Of a stretch of DNA of 64,000 bases, positions 25,624 to 38,300 are shown piece after piece. A program made the position numbers and the translations under genes. The stretch covers positions 27,156,001-27,220,000 of the forward strand of contig NC_045138.2 in assembly GCF_008831285.2 (NCBI RefSeq), in the 5' to 3' direction. The DNA is from Nymphaea colorata (Eukaryota). The stretch's first letter is position 1, and the number at the start of each line of letters is the position of its first letter. The notes under the pieces are model-generated. The model was not told the origin of the DNA, did no database searches, and was given only the letters and a program-made list of their open reading frames with translations.

Positions 25624-28520
25624 TCAAACTCGAGTGGGGAAGCGCTTTATGGCTCGAAGCTTAACTCCATACTTGAAGTTCATAATGATGCCAAAGTCGA
25701 ATTCCAGAGGGTTTTCCATGTTAGGGGAGTGCCTGAAAACAAACCTCTGATAGAGATGTATCAATGCAAGCTTTATCTCTTGTGTAGTGAATCTGGAGCC
25801 AACACACATCCGTGGCCCAAGCCCAAAAGGAATGAGTGCGTATGGATGCCGTTTCTTCTCCTCCTCACAGCCAGGATTAAATCTCTCAGGCTTGAATTTT
25901 TCTGGTTCTGGGAAGTTTTCTGGATCTTGAGCCGGCACATGTATTGCCATCCAAATCCATGTACCCTGCAATTTTAATAGAAAAGTTTAGCAAAGAAGCA
26001 TACTTCACAATCAGGAATAGCTGTTTCCTTCATCTCACCTAAACAACAGTTACAGAAGAGTGTCATCAGGAGCAATTATAACATGTTTCATTCTCCATGA
26101 TATGAGATCTCTAGAGTAGTGCAATCCAAGCTTCACAATGAATATTTAACATTTTATAACAATTGGATTTTCTTGACTTTTTTTCGCTATTTTCAGAATT
26201 AATCATTACGGAAAAATGGATTTTCAGACATTGGTTCATACCTTAGGTAGTCTATATCCCCCAATCTCCACCTCTTCCAATGTTTCTCTAGCAATAAGTG
26301 GGGAGACAACATAAAACCTCATGGTCTCCTTTACAACCTGCAAGGCAAAACTCACATGGTTGTATATTGAGAATTCTCGTAATCTTGCACATATACAGAA
26401 AATTACTCACCATAGACAGATAAAGGAAAGGAGAGGAAACAGAGCAAATTATCCTACACGTGACTCATCACCAGATGAATGAACATAATTTGAAAAACCA
26501 GCTTTCAATGATAAACTTTTGCTTCATCCTTATTAACTAAGTATGACTATTGTGCATGAGTTGGGCAGACAATGAAGGAGAGTTTGGACTTCTCACCTGA
26601 TCTAGGTAAGGAAACTTGTGAAGATCCTCTGCAGCTGCCTCCCGATGAGGAGGCCCGAACGAGTCGATCTCAGCCAACAACTTCTTTTCCACCTCTGGAT
26701 GAGCTGCAACCAGATATGCTACAGCGGACAAGGTGAACGCAGTTGTGGTTGTCCCAGCTAGGAGGTGCTCATAAGTAAGACCACTGATGTAGTCTGGTGT
26801 GAACACTTTTGTATCATCTGCAAACTTCCTGTTGCTTAGGAGCACTGACAAGAAGTCCTTGCGCTCCAAATTCTGGCTCCTTAATCTCTTCTTCACAATG
26901 TTATTCAAATGCTGACTGAGGCAGCTGTAAGTTAACCTGTATTGCCAGTCTGCTGTCCCGGGAATCCTCTCGAGGATCCGTTTGGCTGGCCATTGCATAA
27001 TTGGAAGGAAAAGGCCTAAGAAGGCTGAAAACGTTGCATTCAAGTTCATCTTGAGTGATGTGGTGGAGTAGATGTGCTTGTTTATGAAATCTGATATTTC
27101 TTTCTCAGCGTCAGGGGTGTTGCTTGTGAGACCAAAATCTACTCCAAATGCAGCTTTCCCAATAACATCATTGGCCAGCTTGAGCGAGAAATCAGAGAAA
27201 TCTATGTCCTCATCTTCTCTGTTGGTGAAACTGAGTGCAGCATTTCGTATAATGTGGTTCATCTCTGGTGCTAAGCTTGCGATGTGCGAGGGTTGGTAGA
27301 TGCTGGTTATCGCGCTTCTCATTGTAGACCATCTTGCATTCCTAGGCCAAAAATATTGAAACTGAAGCATTGTTCACTGGGAAATTAAAAAACTTGTGCA
27401 TAACGTTCAGCCATAAACCACACTGCGTCCCTGCTTATAACTGATCTGAAGGAACCCAAGAACCCAGTTCTTGCATAAAATTCAAAACATGACTTTGGTA
27501 TCAACTACAGTGGTAAATCCTAAAAGCAGATCAAATTCAAAATCTTGCTTTAACCTGTCGGAACTATGGTCTCAAGAAGTGACTGTAAATGCAACGTACG
27601 ACGTAATTGTAATGATTTCGAAGTAAAAAGTACTGATTTAAAAGTAATATATGTAAAGAACGAGTAAAACTGATAAATTAATATTGTGGTCCTGGGTGGT
27701 CGGACCACAATTGGCCAACTTTTTCCAGTGGGGTATCGATCTATCAAGTCGAGCGTCCTCAACTTTCTCAAAATGCATCTTCAATTTTAGAATCTGCGCA
27801 CAGGAGAGAAATTTTCTCCGTTGGATTCATTTACTCAGATCTTAAAAGAACGACCCGTTTTCTCAGGTATTCTCGAACATGCAATCTGACAAACGTAGTT
27901 GCTCGATCTTGAAAATACTTTATTGCCTCAAGAGATGGTGCATGTCAAAGGAATATGTACACGTTGAAGTCACACCTGGTAAGAAAGAGACTCTTGAGAT
28001 GCAGATGAGATGTTGCAAGTGGGGAGGGGATGCTTCGATTGGGCATGGATTTGAATTTCTTGATGCCAACTTCTTTGCACAGTTCTGCACTGGCCACAAT
28101 TATCAGCGGCTGCCTTCCCAATTGAAATCTGCAAAAAGTGGCAATATTATTTTAAGATCACTCCGGCTCTCTAGACTGAAGGATACTTCATCTATAAACG
28201 CTAACTTTCCTAATAGTATGCGACTGTGCCAGGTGAATTATGCGTGCGCTTCTTTCTTCTCCCCCTCCACGCAGACACATTGATGCATGTCTACAAACAT
28301 ATAGACATATCCCATGACCAAAAACCCGTTATCTTTTTTCTTATATATGAAAATTACAAGGATTTCGAAATCAACTTTCTGAACTTTATGACTTGCACAC
28401 TTTTATTAGCAAGTCATTAGAACTTGATCCAGTAACTGATTTCATGTTTTAGGGTATGTATGGAGAGATTACACACACACACACACAGTGTGTGTGCGTA
28501 TAATATGTATACATATAGAC

Positions 28521-28616
<96 letters not shown>

Positions 28617-30643
28617 TGTGTGTGTGTGTGTGGAGAGAGAGAGAGAGAGAGAGGCAGGCACACAAATAAGTTCTATTGAAAATCATTTTTTTGCATTTAA
28701 ATTGAAAAAAAATTAGAAATTATGCTGTCTGTTTGTGCAAAGCTTGTCTTTGAGGAAGCATCAGAAAATGCAGCATGGCATTTCGGCCTGTCAGTGAAAT
28801 CATGCTTCTTCCACTATAGCCCAGTTGATTTGCTGGAAAGAAATTGAAGCGGAACCAAAAAAGGTACAAAAACTTCAAGTAGTAGACATCTAGTGGCTGC
28901 TTTTTCGGCCTACCTCTTTGAATCAATGTCTCTAGGATCCCTACTTCAGTGATTGGTAAGTTGAACCTAGTCAAAGGATCAACAGTGGGACAGCATTTGC
29001 TTCACCAAGGGATGAATTATTCAGAAATTGGCCCAGGTGCTGCTTGAAATTTCAAACAACTTAGCTGCTTTCCACTTTTTCTAATTTACTAGGAGCTCTG
29101 CCAGCATGACTGCTGATAATTGGTTTCTCCTTTGAAATGAAAATAAAACATTATGGCATTTAAAAGTTGCAGCAAGTGGTCGGTCTCTTGTCCTTAGGCT
29201 CATGGACAGGGATATCTCATCTTCCCTAAGTTTGAGTATTCATGTAAGCAACCGCCTAACCCCTTCTGCAAACTAAAGTAGGAGGCACTTAGAGGGCAAG
29301 TTACAGGTGCTTTACAGGTCATGGTATGCATGCAGATACAATTTAATTTTGTTGCAGGAGAACAACCACAGGTACAACAGTTAAACCAGCATGCCTAAGT
29401 TTGTCATCCTGATCGGTATGAATTCTTCATGTAATGAATTAATCTTTTGGTGAATCTCAGTTTATAGTTAGCAAAGAGTGAAGCATATGGACCTGCAAAT
29501 GCATGAGCACAAAGAGCGTGTTGTTATGAACTTGTATGTGACCTGCATGCCATGACTTGTATTACTCAAATAATGAAACGCTTGTACCAAAAGATCTACC
29601 TTAGGATATTCTTTTTCTTTCTCCCAAGCACCTAGTTTCTTAGCCAATTGCAGCTAGCAAAAATTCTTAGGTAAAATCTAGCTTTTATATCCACTAATTC
29701 TAAAATCTTATGAGATGAATGCATAAGGGATGAGAATGAGTGCACCCATGTCAAATATATTTGCTGAATAACAGTATGAGTTCATTCAATAATATTTAAT
29801 ATGCAACAAGAAGGGATAGAAAGAAGGTATTTATGTTATCATATTTCAACCGAAGGATGGACTGGCATAAAACATGAAGATCCATACCTGAAGAGCATGC
29901 ATGCAGATGGCTTAGTATTAGCATGATTACTATCAAAATGTTTTCGTTAACTTATTTGCATTTAAAAGCTCAAGTTGAAGACATAGCACCTCATAATGAT
30001 GCCATGATGCAAGCGGCAATCAGGGAATCAAACCAGGGAATTCTAGTGAAGCTGACCACAGTTAATCCCCATTCATTTTGATAAAATATACATAAATATT
30101 TGGAACCAATAAGAATTAAAGATGCTTTGTGCACATATTTGATCCAAGCATGTGTGCATACTGCATAGTGATAATTGACTTTGACAGAGATTTGTTTATT
30201 AAAAGTTCTGCAATTTCACTGACGGTAACTCTCCTTTGAGCTAATGACATGACATCTGTGAAATTCTTACCTTGTCGAGAAATAAAGGATTTAAAACATG
30301 ATTTCCTCTTCAAAACTCCAAAAAGCAAATGCTAAAAGATCAACGATGAAAGGGAAAAGCAATAAGAACTCCCATACCTATATATGGGTCCATACTGTTT
30401 CTTAAGGAGGCAGAACAGACCAAGGCCATGTTTAGAAAGTAAAGGCAGATGCCCAAGGATAGGTGTTGCAGGAGGACCAGGGACATGCCTTACTCTCCAT
30501 GAAGGAGCATACAAGTAAACAAAGAGGGTGCATATGAACAAGGCCAGCCCAGTGAAGAGAAAGGAAAACTGAGCAAAGGCCATCAACAAACCTAACCATG
30601 CACCTACAACTGTCACCAAGACACAGTACCCCATGGTTGCCAT
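25624..30643 (-). CDS. CYP711A: Cytochrome P450 CYP711A (MAX1-like, strigolactone pathway), 5 exons
   Basis: Exons approx 30643-30378, 28128-27976, 27341-26597, 26337-26242, 25965-25624. Motifs: [103 protein letters not shown] (heme Cys), [19 protein letters not shown]. Confidence 0.93.
28471..28653. repeat. Compound (AC)n/(AT)n/(GT)n/(GA)n microsatellite in CYP711A intron 1
   Basis: Seen directly. Confidence 0.92.
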
Positions 30644-32356
30644 TAGCGCACTCAACTAAGAGCAACTCCCAAGTTAGGAATCAAAAGAGAGTGGATCTGC
30701 AGAATCTGATGCAAGGAAACTCTTGAAGGCCAATACTTAAATAGGGGAGGACACCCACTAGCACTTTCTCTCTCTACTTGTCCTTCTCTCTAGAATGAAG
30801 TAAGGAACCTTTCTGGCTTAGATTCCCCTAAGGATTAAGGATCAATTGTTTTATGCATATGGAAAGCATTTGTCTGCTGAAAATAGAGCCATAAAAGACT
30901 CCACTTACCGTACTGTTCAGCAGTCGATTCAAAGGAGATGCTGGTCGAAGATCCCTATGACCTGGGTAGCACTTGCAGACAAAGGTGCAAACATGGGGCC
31001 CTTCGAAAACTTTAGTCCAATTTTGAGCCGTCCATGCCTTTGTTGGCTCAACAGTGCAACGCCCATTATGCTTTGAATACGTTTGCCTGCGTCAGAGAGA
31101 GAGACTAGAGAGAGAGAGAGAGAGAGAGAGCATCTATGCTGGTCTGTATTCAACATTTACCAAAAATTTCTGTTACTTGGCTGAGGATATGGGCTTTGAT
31201 TGGAGAGCCTCTTTTTGATATAAGTAGTGCATTAAGACAAGAACCCTAGATTTAAACATTGAAAAGTCTCTTCATCCATGTTAATGCAATATTTTGAAAG
31301 CCTTTGCTTGTATGCTTTCTCTTTGGGAGGCTCTCAAAATATGAGTACTAAAAAACATACGCACTATCATGCACTAACGTGAGTTGTCTTATCAACATTG
31401 TCAAATAATTCACAAATGTAAACATAACAAAGTATTATTTTTTTTTTTTCAAAATGTCAGCTGCCTTTTTCGATTAATTCTCCTTTTTGAATTGGTAGTT
31501 GTCATAAGTATCCAATGACAAAATCAGATGATTAAATTCGATCCGTGCAAGTGCTCATATTTTTCTATTATCGCAGGAGACCTTTCTTCATATATCGTTT
31601 TCATTTAACAATAACAGTGTTTAAGTCTTTCAAGTTGAAGAATCTTAAAAAGTTTTAAGACTTAGAGCGCATAATTTACTAGGCGCCTAGATCATATTTT
31701 AGTTGTGAAAAAGAAAAAGGAAAAGAAAATTTTGTGGGTGTTTTTTATTTGATAGAAATTTGAAAGTCTACAAACCACACTCTATATCAACAATCTTTTG
31801 GTGACAAATAAGATATTGGTTTTATTTTAATCGCCTGTTATACTTTTACTCGATCCAATACCTTAATTCAAACCTTAACAATGAGGGGGCCTTCCATTTT
31901 TTCTTGATTAATGAGATTAATCCTAATTGAAAAGTGGAGCTGAGATTCAGCATCCGATCAAATATTGATTGTGACGGATCCATTTGCACAGTTTCTCGCA
32001 AACGAGGTTCAGGAAAACCAATCACCCTTGACAATGACCTGAACCAGATCCTCAGGTCCGACAGGATACTGCTTCAAGAACCGATTCTAGGCGGGAGGGA
32101 AAAGAGTCCAAACCGGATCTACATAGATTCGATGGGAATCAGAAAAGCAAGTAGGCCCATTTTTTAAAACCCTCCCGTCTTTTCGCTCCGTTGCGAATAT
32201 GTGTGACAGAGGGGAAGGGACAGGAGCCTTGCGCCAAAAACAGGCCCTGGTGAAAAGAAAGAAAGGAGAAGGAATCGCCACACACCATAGTCATCATCTA
32301 CATCGTCATCGTAGTCATCATCATCATTATCATTGACATCGTTAATCATCATTATC

Positions 32357-35300
32357 ATGTGGCAAGCCATCTTCCTGACGATTGTGGCCACGGCCGGCAA
32401 TAACGTCGGCAAGGTGCTGCAGAAGAAGGGCACCCAATTTCTGCCTCCTTTTTCGCTGAAATTGAAGGTTTGTGATTAGGAAGTCTTTTTTTTTTTTTTC
32501 ATTTTGTTTCGTTCTCATTCTTTCTCAAGTTGCTTTGTTTTTGTTTTTTTTGTTTTTTTTTTTTTTTACTGATCCGGGGGCAGGTTTTTTGTACCTTAGC
32601 ATGATCACGTGTTTGAATCCCCTTTTTCCCTTCGGCGTTGATCAGCTGCTTTAGGTTTGAAATTGGCGATCTTCATGTTATTGACTGCTTATGAGAACAT
32701 TTTTTCTCTTATTGTTGGATTCCGCCGAGGATGGTGTTCGCATAGTATCTATTTGTAAGGATCCGCTCATGTCGGTGATGGAAGTTTGCCACCGGATGGG
32801 ATAGTGCAATGGCACACGGGAAAATCTTCTTTGGAGATTGGGAACGGCCATCATCTTGTTGGATCCACAGTATGTTCTGTTCGGTTGATGACCGAAGGGA
32901 CTTGTCACCGTGCTCTTGAAAAACTAAAAGGTGTTCTACATGGCCAATTTGCAGGCAGATCTCTTTAGAAATTCGAATGTTATGTTTTATTTTCACTTGA
33001 TGATCAAAGAAACTGCGTCTGGCCTATACTTCTTATTTCCTACTTCCTAGTTTTATTGTTGGATGATAAGTGCAATGTCAATTGTCAACAAATGGGTTCA
33101 TAATTCACTCTTTATTGTTTTGGACTTAAATCAGACGCCAAAACAGCAATGCCGAGTTGCTGATGTAATACGACATGTTGTAAATATAGGTCTCCGGCTC
33201 TTACTGGAACCTTGGAAAACAATGAACAATGGCGAAGTGCATTGTTATCAGGCGCTATCGACCTTTAAAAATTTCTTAAAGTTTTAGATTTTTTTTTATC
33301 AATATATTGGCCTTTATCAGCCAATATGAGCCAATTCAACCTCTTATTGGGTGATTTTCAAGGGGTTCATATTAGCCCCACATTGCATCTACAAGGTGCC
33401 GAAACCTATACATATCAATGTTCACAACACTAAATCTGATCTGATTGGATTTAGTCATCTCCTGGAGATTATAATTGATCAATGGACAATGATCTTTAAA
33501 CTTCTCTATGACTATTAATTTTACAGTGTTAGGTGTAGGACTTAAGTTGGAGCTATTGTAGCCGTTTTGATATGTTCTTTAATCTGAAATTAATTTAATT
33601 TTTCAGGTGATAAGCGCATACATGACGAACAAGACATGGATTACTGGCTTTATGATTGATATTGCCGGGGCAGTATTGATGCTGAGTGCTTTATCTCAAG
33701 CTCCTGTGAGTTATTCGACCTTTACCAATTAAATTGTCAACATGCTATTATTACTTTTCTACTCTTATTTGACATCTGTTCGTTGGGGTTAATTTTGTGT
33801 TTGTATTTTGTGCTGTTGATTTTTTACTAGCTTTTTCATATTTCTTTGTAGCTGCTTTGGTAAAATCTTGTGATTCTGTTAGTTGAGAATGATTTGCCTT
33901 TGAAATTTGAATATGGTTCTAGTTATGGGAACAAGTATTTTGTGGTCCATTCCAAGCATGCAAAAGTTATTTTGAATCTTTGATGGTGGATACAACTTTA
34001 TCACCTTAGAAGATTATATATTTATTTCATGGTCGTCTAAAACCTTGAGTGGGAAATGAATCACTTTTTCCCCAACTGAGAAGCACAGTTTCAAGGACGT
34101 TATATATTTAATGTTCTGTCTGAAGTTTCATTAAAATCCAGTATATACAGAAAAAAATTGTAATGCGCTAATAGCACCACATACAATACAACTTTGTTTA
34201 GATTGAAGAATAATATTTCAACGACCTTTCATTTTGAATAGTTTCTAAAATGTCCATGTTAAATGCTACCTAAATGTGATGTTTTGAAAATATCATGATT
34301 TTATTGGTGGAGAAGGGCAAAACAATGATATTGAGGAAATGTTGCAATATTATTAAAATATTGCCAAAAGGTAAAGATCATGTTGATATCATATCAGGGT
34401 ATTTTCCTTTAAAATTCCTATATTCATATGTATTTAAAAATTTTAAGTCTATGTTTTTCAATTTTTTGTTTCTTTTACAATTTTAATAACAGTTTTGATT
34501 GTTAGACAATATTTTGTGAGAAAATCAATAAAAAATTAATAATTTCATTAAAACTTTCTGTTATTCCTTATATTTTTGGTTGTTCCTTATATCTTTTACA
34601 TTTTCTGGATTCTCGAGATTATCATAAGAGAATCACAAAGGCTTCTAAGAGAAACCTTCTTGAAAAGTTACTGAGAGCAAAATTTACTACTGCAAAACTT
34701 GTAGAGCAAAATTTACTACTGCAAAACTTGTAATTAAACTTGCTTTTTCATATTTCTAACAAAAACACACATGCTTATCAAGGTTTTTCCATGGTTAAAC
34801 TGACGTAGTTTCTTTAAGTAAATAAAACTGGTTAACTTAAACAACAGCTTGTCTCATTTACCAAATGAACCACTTCTAGGCAAGCCTTTAAAGAGCTGTT
34901 CCTATCTCCACATTTTCTCGAGCTCTTTTGTTTGCCAGCAACAATGATATCTTTTCCACATTATGTAGATTCATACTTTCTTTTGTCAAAGGTCTCTTTA
35001 GTTTCTCTTTACTTGCTTTTCATTTAATCTGTCCGTCCCAAAATTTGTATTTTTCATTTGTCTACTTTTCTAGTCTAAGAAGACTATACATGTTTTGCTG
35101 GCCTTCCAAATAAAGCTTTAAAACCAATCATAAAAATCCAAAACTTTGAACATGCCAGATAGACAATTTGCAAAGAAGCTCTACCATGTCAAAATTGGTG
35201 TTATCGTTGTCATGGTAGGTTTGACCATTTGAGAAAAGAGAGAGAAAAATGCTTGACCCCTTGAACAGTCAATGGGAACTTCAGAAACCAATCAAATTTG

Positions 35301-38300
35301 TTCATTCATCCTTTTCACTTCAATGCATTCATTACGATTGTTTCATTTGTTTAACAAAAAATGTTGTGGATTTTCATTAGTAAATTTCTCTTGTTATGCT
35401 TTTCTTGCCATGAAAAATTCAAGCTGGATTATTTTTTTATTTCTTGCTATGGTGAGATACTTTTATACTGTTGCTAAATGTCAGATTTGGTGTCTTACTC
35501 AAAGGTGTTTGTTCTATAATGGTCTTTTTTTTGTGTTAGTCTTTGTAGGATTGTGATTCTTAATCATTGTTTAGGATGTCCTGAGTACAGTTAAAGGGTG
35601 TTGTTAGCTGCAGAATGGCATTTCAACTGCTATTGCTTTAACTCCAAGGCATTAATACACTTTTATGTCCTCTTTGTTCAGGTGTCTATTATACAACCTG
35701 TTTCTGGATCTGGACTAGCGATTCTATGTGTTTTTTCGCACTTTTATTTGAAAGAGATCATGGATCCTCTTGATTGGGTGGGGATCACGTTGGCTGGCTT
35801 TGGCACAATAGGTAATGTAAGTTATGAGAAAAACTTCATTTTTCTGGTTCGCTTAAGATTTCAAATAATTTGGAGTTCGGCAGAACTGGTTTGCATGCTT
35901 GCCTATAATATTTATTGAGTATTGACCATCCTTTCTAATTCTTAATCTGTTCCATGTTGGTTTAAATTTAAATATTCTATCTGTAGGATTTAACCTCTAA
36001 CCAAGATATAGTCCCTTCAATCTCAACAATTACACCCTTTTCCCTGTTAACTCTATGTGCCAGTCACTGGTTATCTGCTTGTTGGTCTTTTCATCTTTAA
36101 TTTTTTTTCAGCTAATATCATGAAGACCTGACCCTGGAGGTCAACTTTTAAGAAATCAATCAATATATAATTATTGATGACTGGACATTGATGAAGGAAT
36201 TCTCTACACTGTTTACTATCTAGATGTAGAATATGACAATATGGTTTCGGGTCTAGCCCATCCACTGCCAAATGAAACCTGTTCAATGACTAGTTCGATC
36301 ACTCATATTAGCTGCTGTTCAGCCACTAGTGTGAGCTTTCAAACAGTATATGAAATAGGGAAAGAGGAAGAAAAGAAATAAAGAATTAATGTGATAATTC
36401 TTATGTTGTTAGTTTCAATGATTTTAGTTGGAAAAAAAAAGGAATTATGACCTATTGATTTTCTTGAGTGTTTTTGTTCTTTTATAGGTGTTGGTATTGG
36501 AGGAGAGGAGCAAGAACTTTCCAACATATCTCTTTTCAGTTTGCCGTGGCTCGTTTTTGTTGTTGCCATCTTGTTTGTAGGTATCAAACTCTATGCAACA
36601 TAATGTAATTGCTATGATGTTTGTTGCTTATCATGCTTCATTATTTTTAGCGGTGGATTTTTCTTATCTGCTTCTCTTTTATTTCATCTTCTGTAGAATG
36701 GCTTAGCTTTGGAATGTATTATTATAATGCTCCCTTTCTTGTGAATTAATTACAGTCTACCATCTTTTCCTTTAATGGAGGATGCCCTCTGAACATGGCT
36801 TTTGCTTGTTTGTCTTTAGTTTTGGATTTCTAAAGAATTAATTTGCTTTTTTGATTCTGCAAGCTTTGAAAGCTCAGTTAGAACTGCAATCCAGTTGGCT
36901 GGTGTAACTGCTGGTTTTAGCTTGTACTGATTATAGAGTGATCTTTATTATCAACACTCACTATTTTAGCTTGTACTGGTTTTGATTGCCATTTCTTCTT
37001 CCTTTTTAGAAAATTCTTATTTGCCTCATCTGGCTGGCATAGCTGTCTTCCATATGGTGGCTGTGTTACCTGGAATTCTCCTGTGTTCCAGTCTTCTTAT
37101 CTTTTGATACTCCCTGTATTACTGTATTACATTGTATATTTCATGTTTTGCCCATTTTGGTTTTCATTGCCTTAGGTCCTTCTAAATGGTTGGCTTCATA
37201 TACGAAAGCGCCAGCGCCGAGATGAAGAGCTGGTAATGTTGTTCATAATACTGATAAGCAATTAATATTACTGTTCGTCACGTCTTATTATCTGGAATTT
37301 CTGTTCTCATGGTAAACACATTACTTACTTACAGGGTCACTCTGATGTTCTGGAGGAGATCATATTTGGTTTGGAAGCAGGAATTTTGTTTGGGTATCTC
37401 TTTGTTCCCTTTTGTTCCACCGGATAAGCTATTTACTCTTTATGTCAATCATCCTTTTCTGCTCTATTGTTGTTCATGACCTCGTTTACCTCCTTCTAGA
37501 CAATATTAAGGATCTATATGGATCATATGCTGTTGGATATCCAGCTCATATCTATCTCTGATTGGTTGGTTCAACAAAGACACCAAATTGAACTAAAAAA
37601 TAGAAGTGGTTTAGCTTTTCATAATTGGATCTTACATATATGCAACCGCAATACATAAGACTACCCAAGGGATCGTACTTGTCTTGTCACCTTGCATCAT
37701 GCATTTGAAGTTTTGAATTTTCATGTGGATGACTTTTGGATGGGCACAAGAGACTCCATTGTTTTCATTTATATTCTCAAGTAATTTTTTCAGACGTAGA
37801 CAGTTTGATTTTGGTTATGTAAATCCTACGATATTTGAATAGCAGAATGCAATGCAGCCTACGTGCGTAAAAGCATAATTTTACCACATCTTTACTTTTC
37901 AACTTTTTCTGTTTACAATCTAAATTTTTCAGAGAATGTTTGGTTGATAGTAATTTGTGCTGCCTTGTTGTGTTGTTTGCAGGATGGCATCAGTCATATC
38001 AAAGATGGGTTTTATATTTACAGAACAAGGTTTCTCAAGGATATTTATTCCTTTATGCATTTCTGTCAGTGTGTGTTGCAGTGCCATCGGATTTGTCTAT
38101 CAGGTACCTTTGACATACAGACATTCAATGTTCAGTTCCCCCCCTGGGGTTTTGTATTTTAATATTAAATGTTAGCATTTTCTGCAGTTCATGTAATTGA
38201 AAAGTGGATGATGTCTAAACTTGCTCCATTGAATAATTTTAAAGTTTGTATCCTTTTTTCTGGTTGAAGGCTATTGAATTGCTAGGTTTTGATGAAATCT

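Noticed and set aside
27683..27711. 10-bp hairpin ATTGTGGTCC...GGACCACAAT in CYP711A intron 2
   Set aside because: Too short for a miRNA precursor and there is no other evidence of function.
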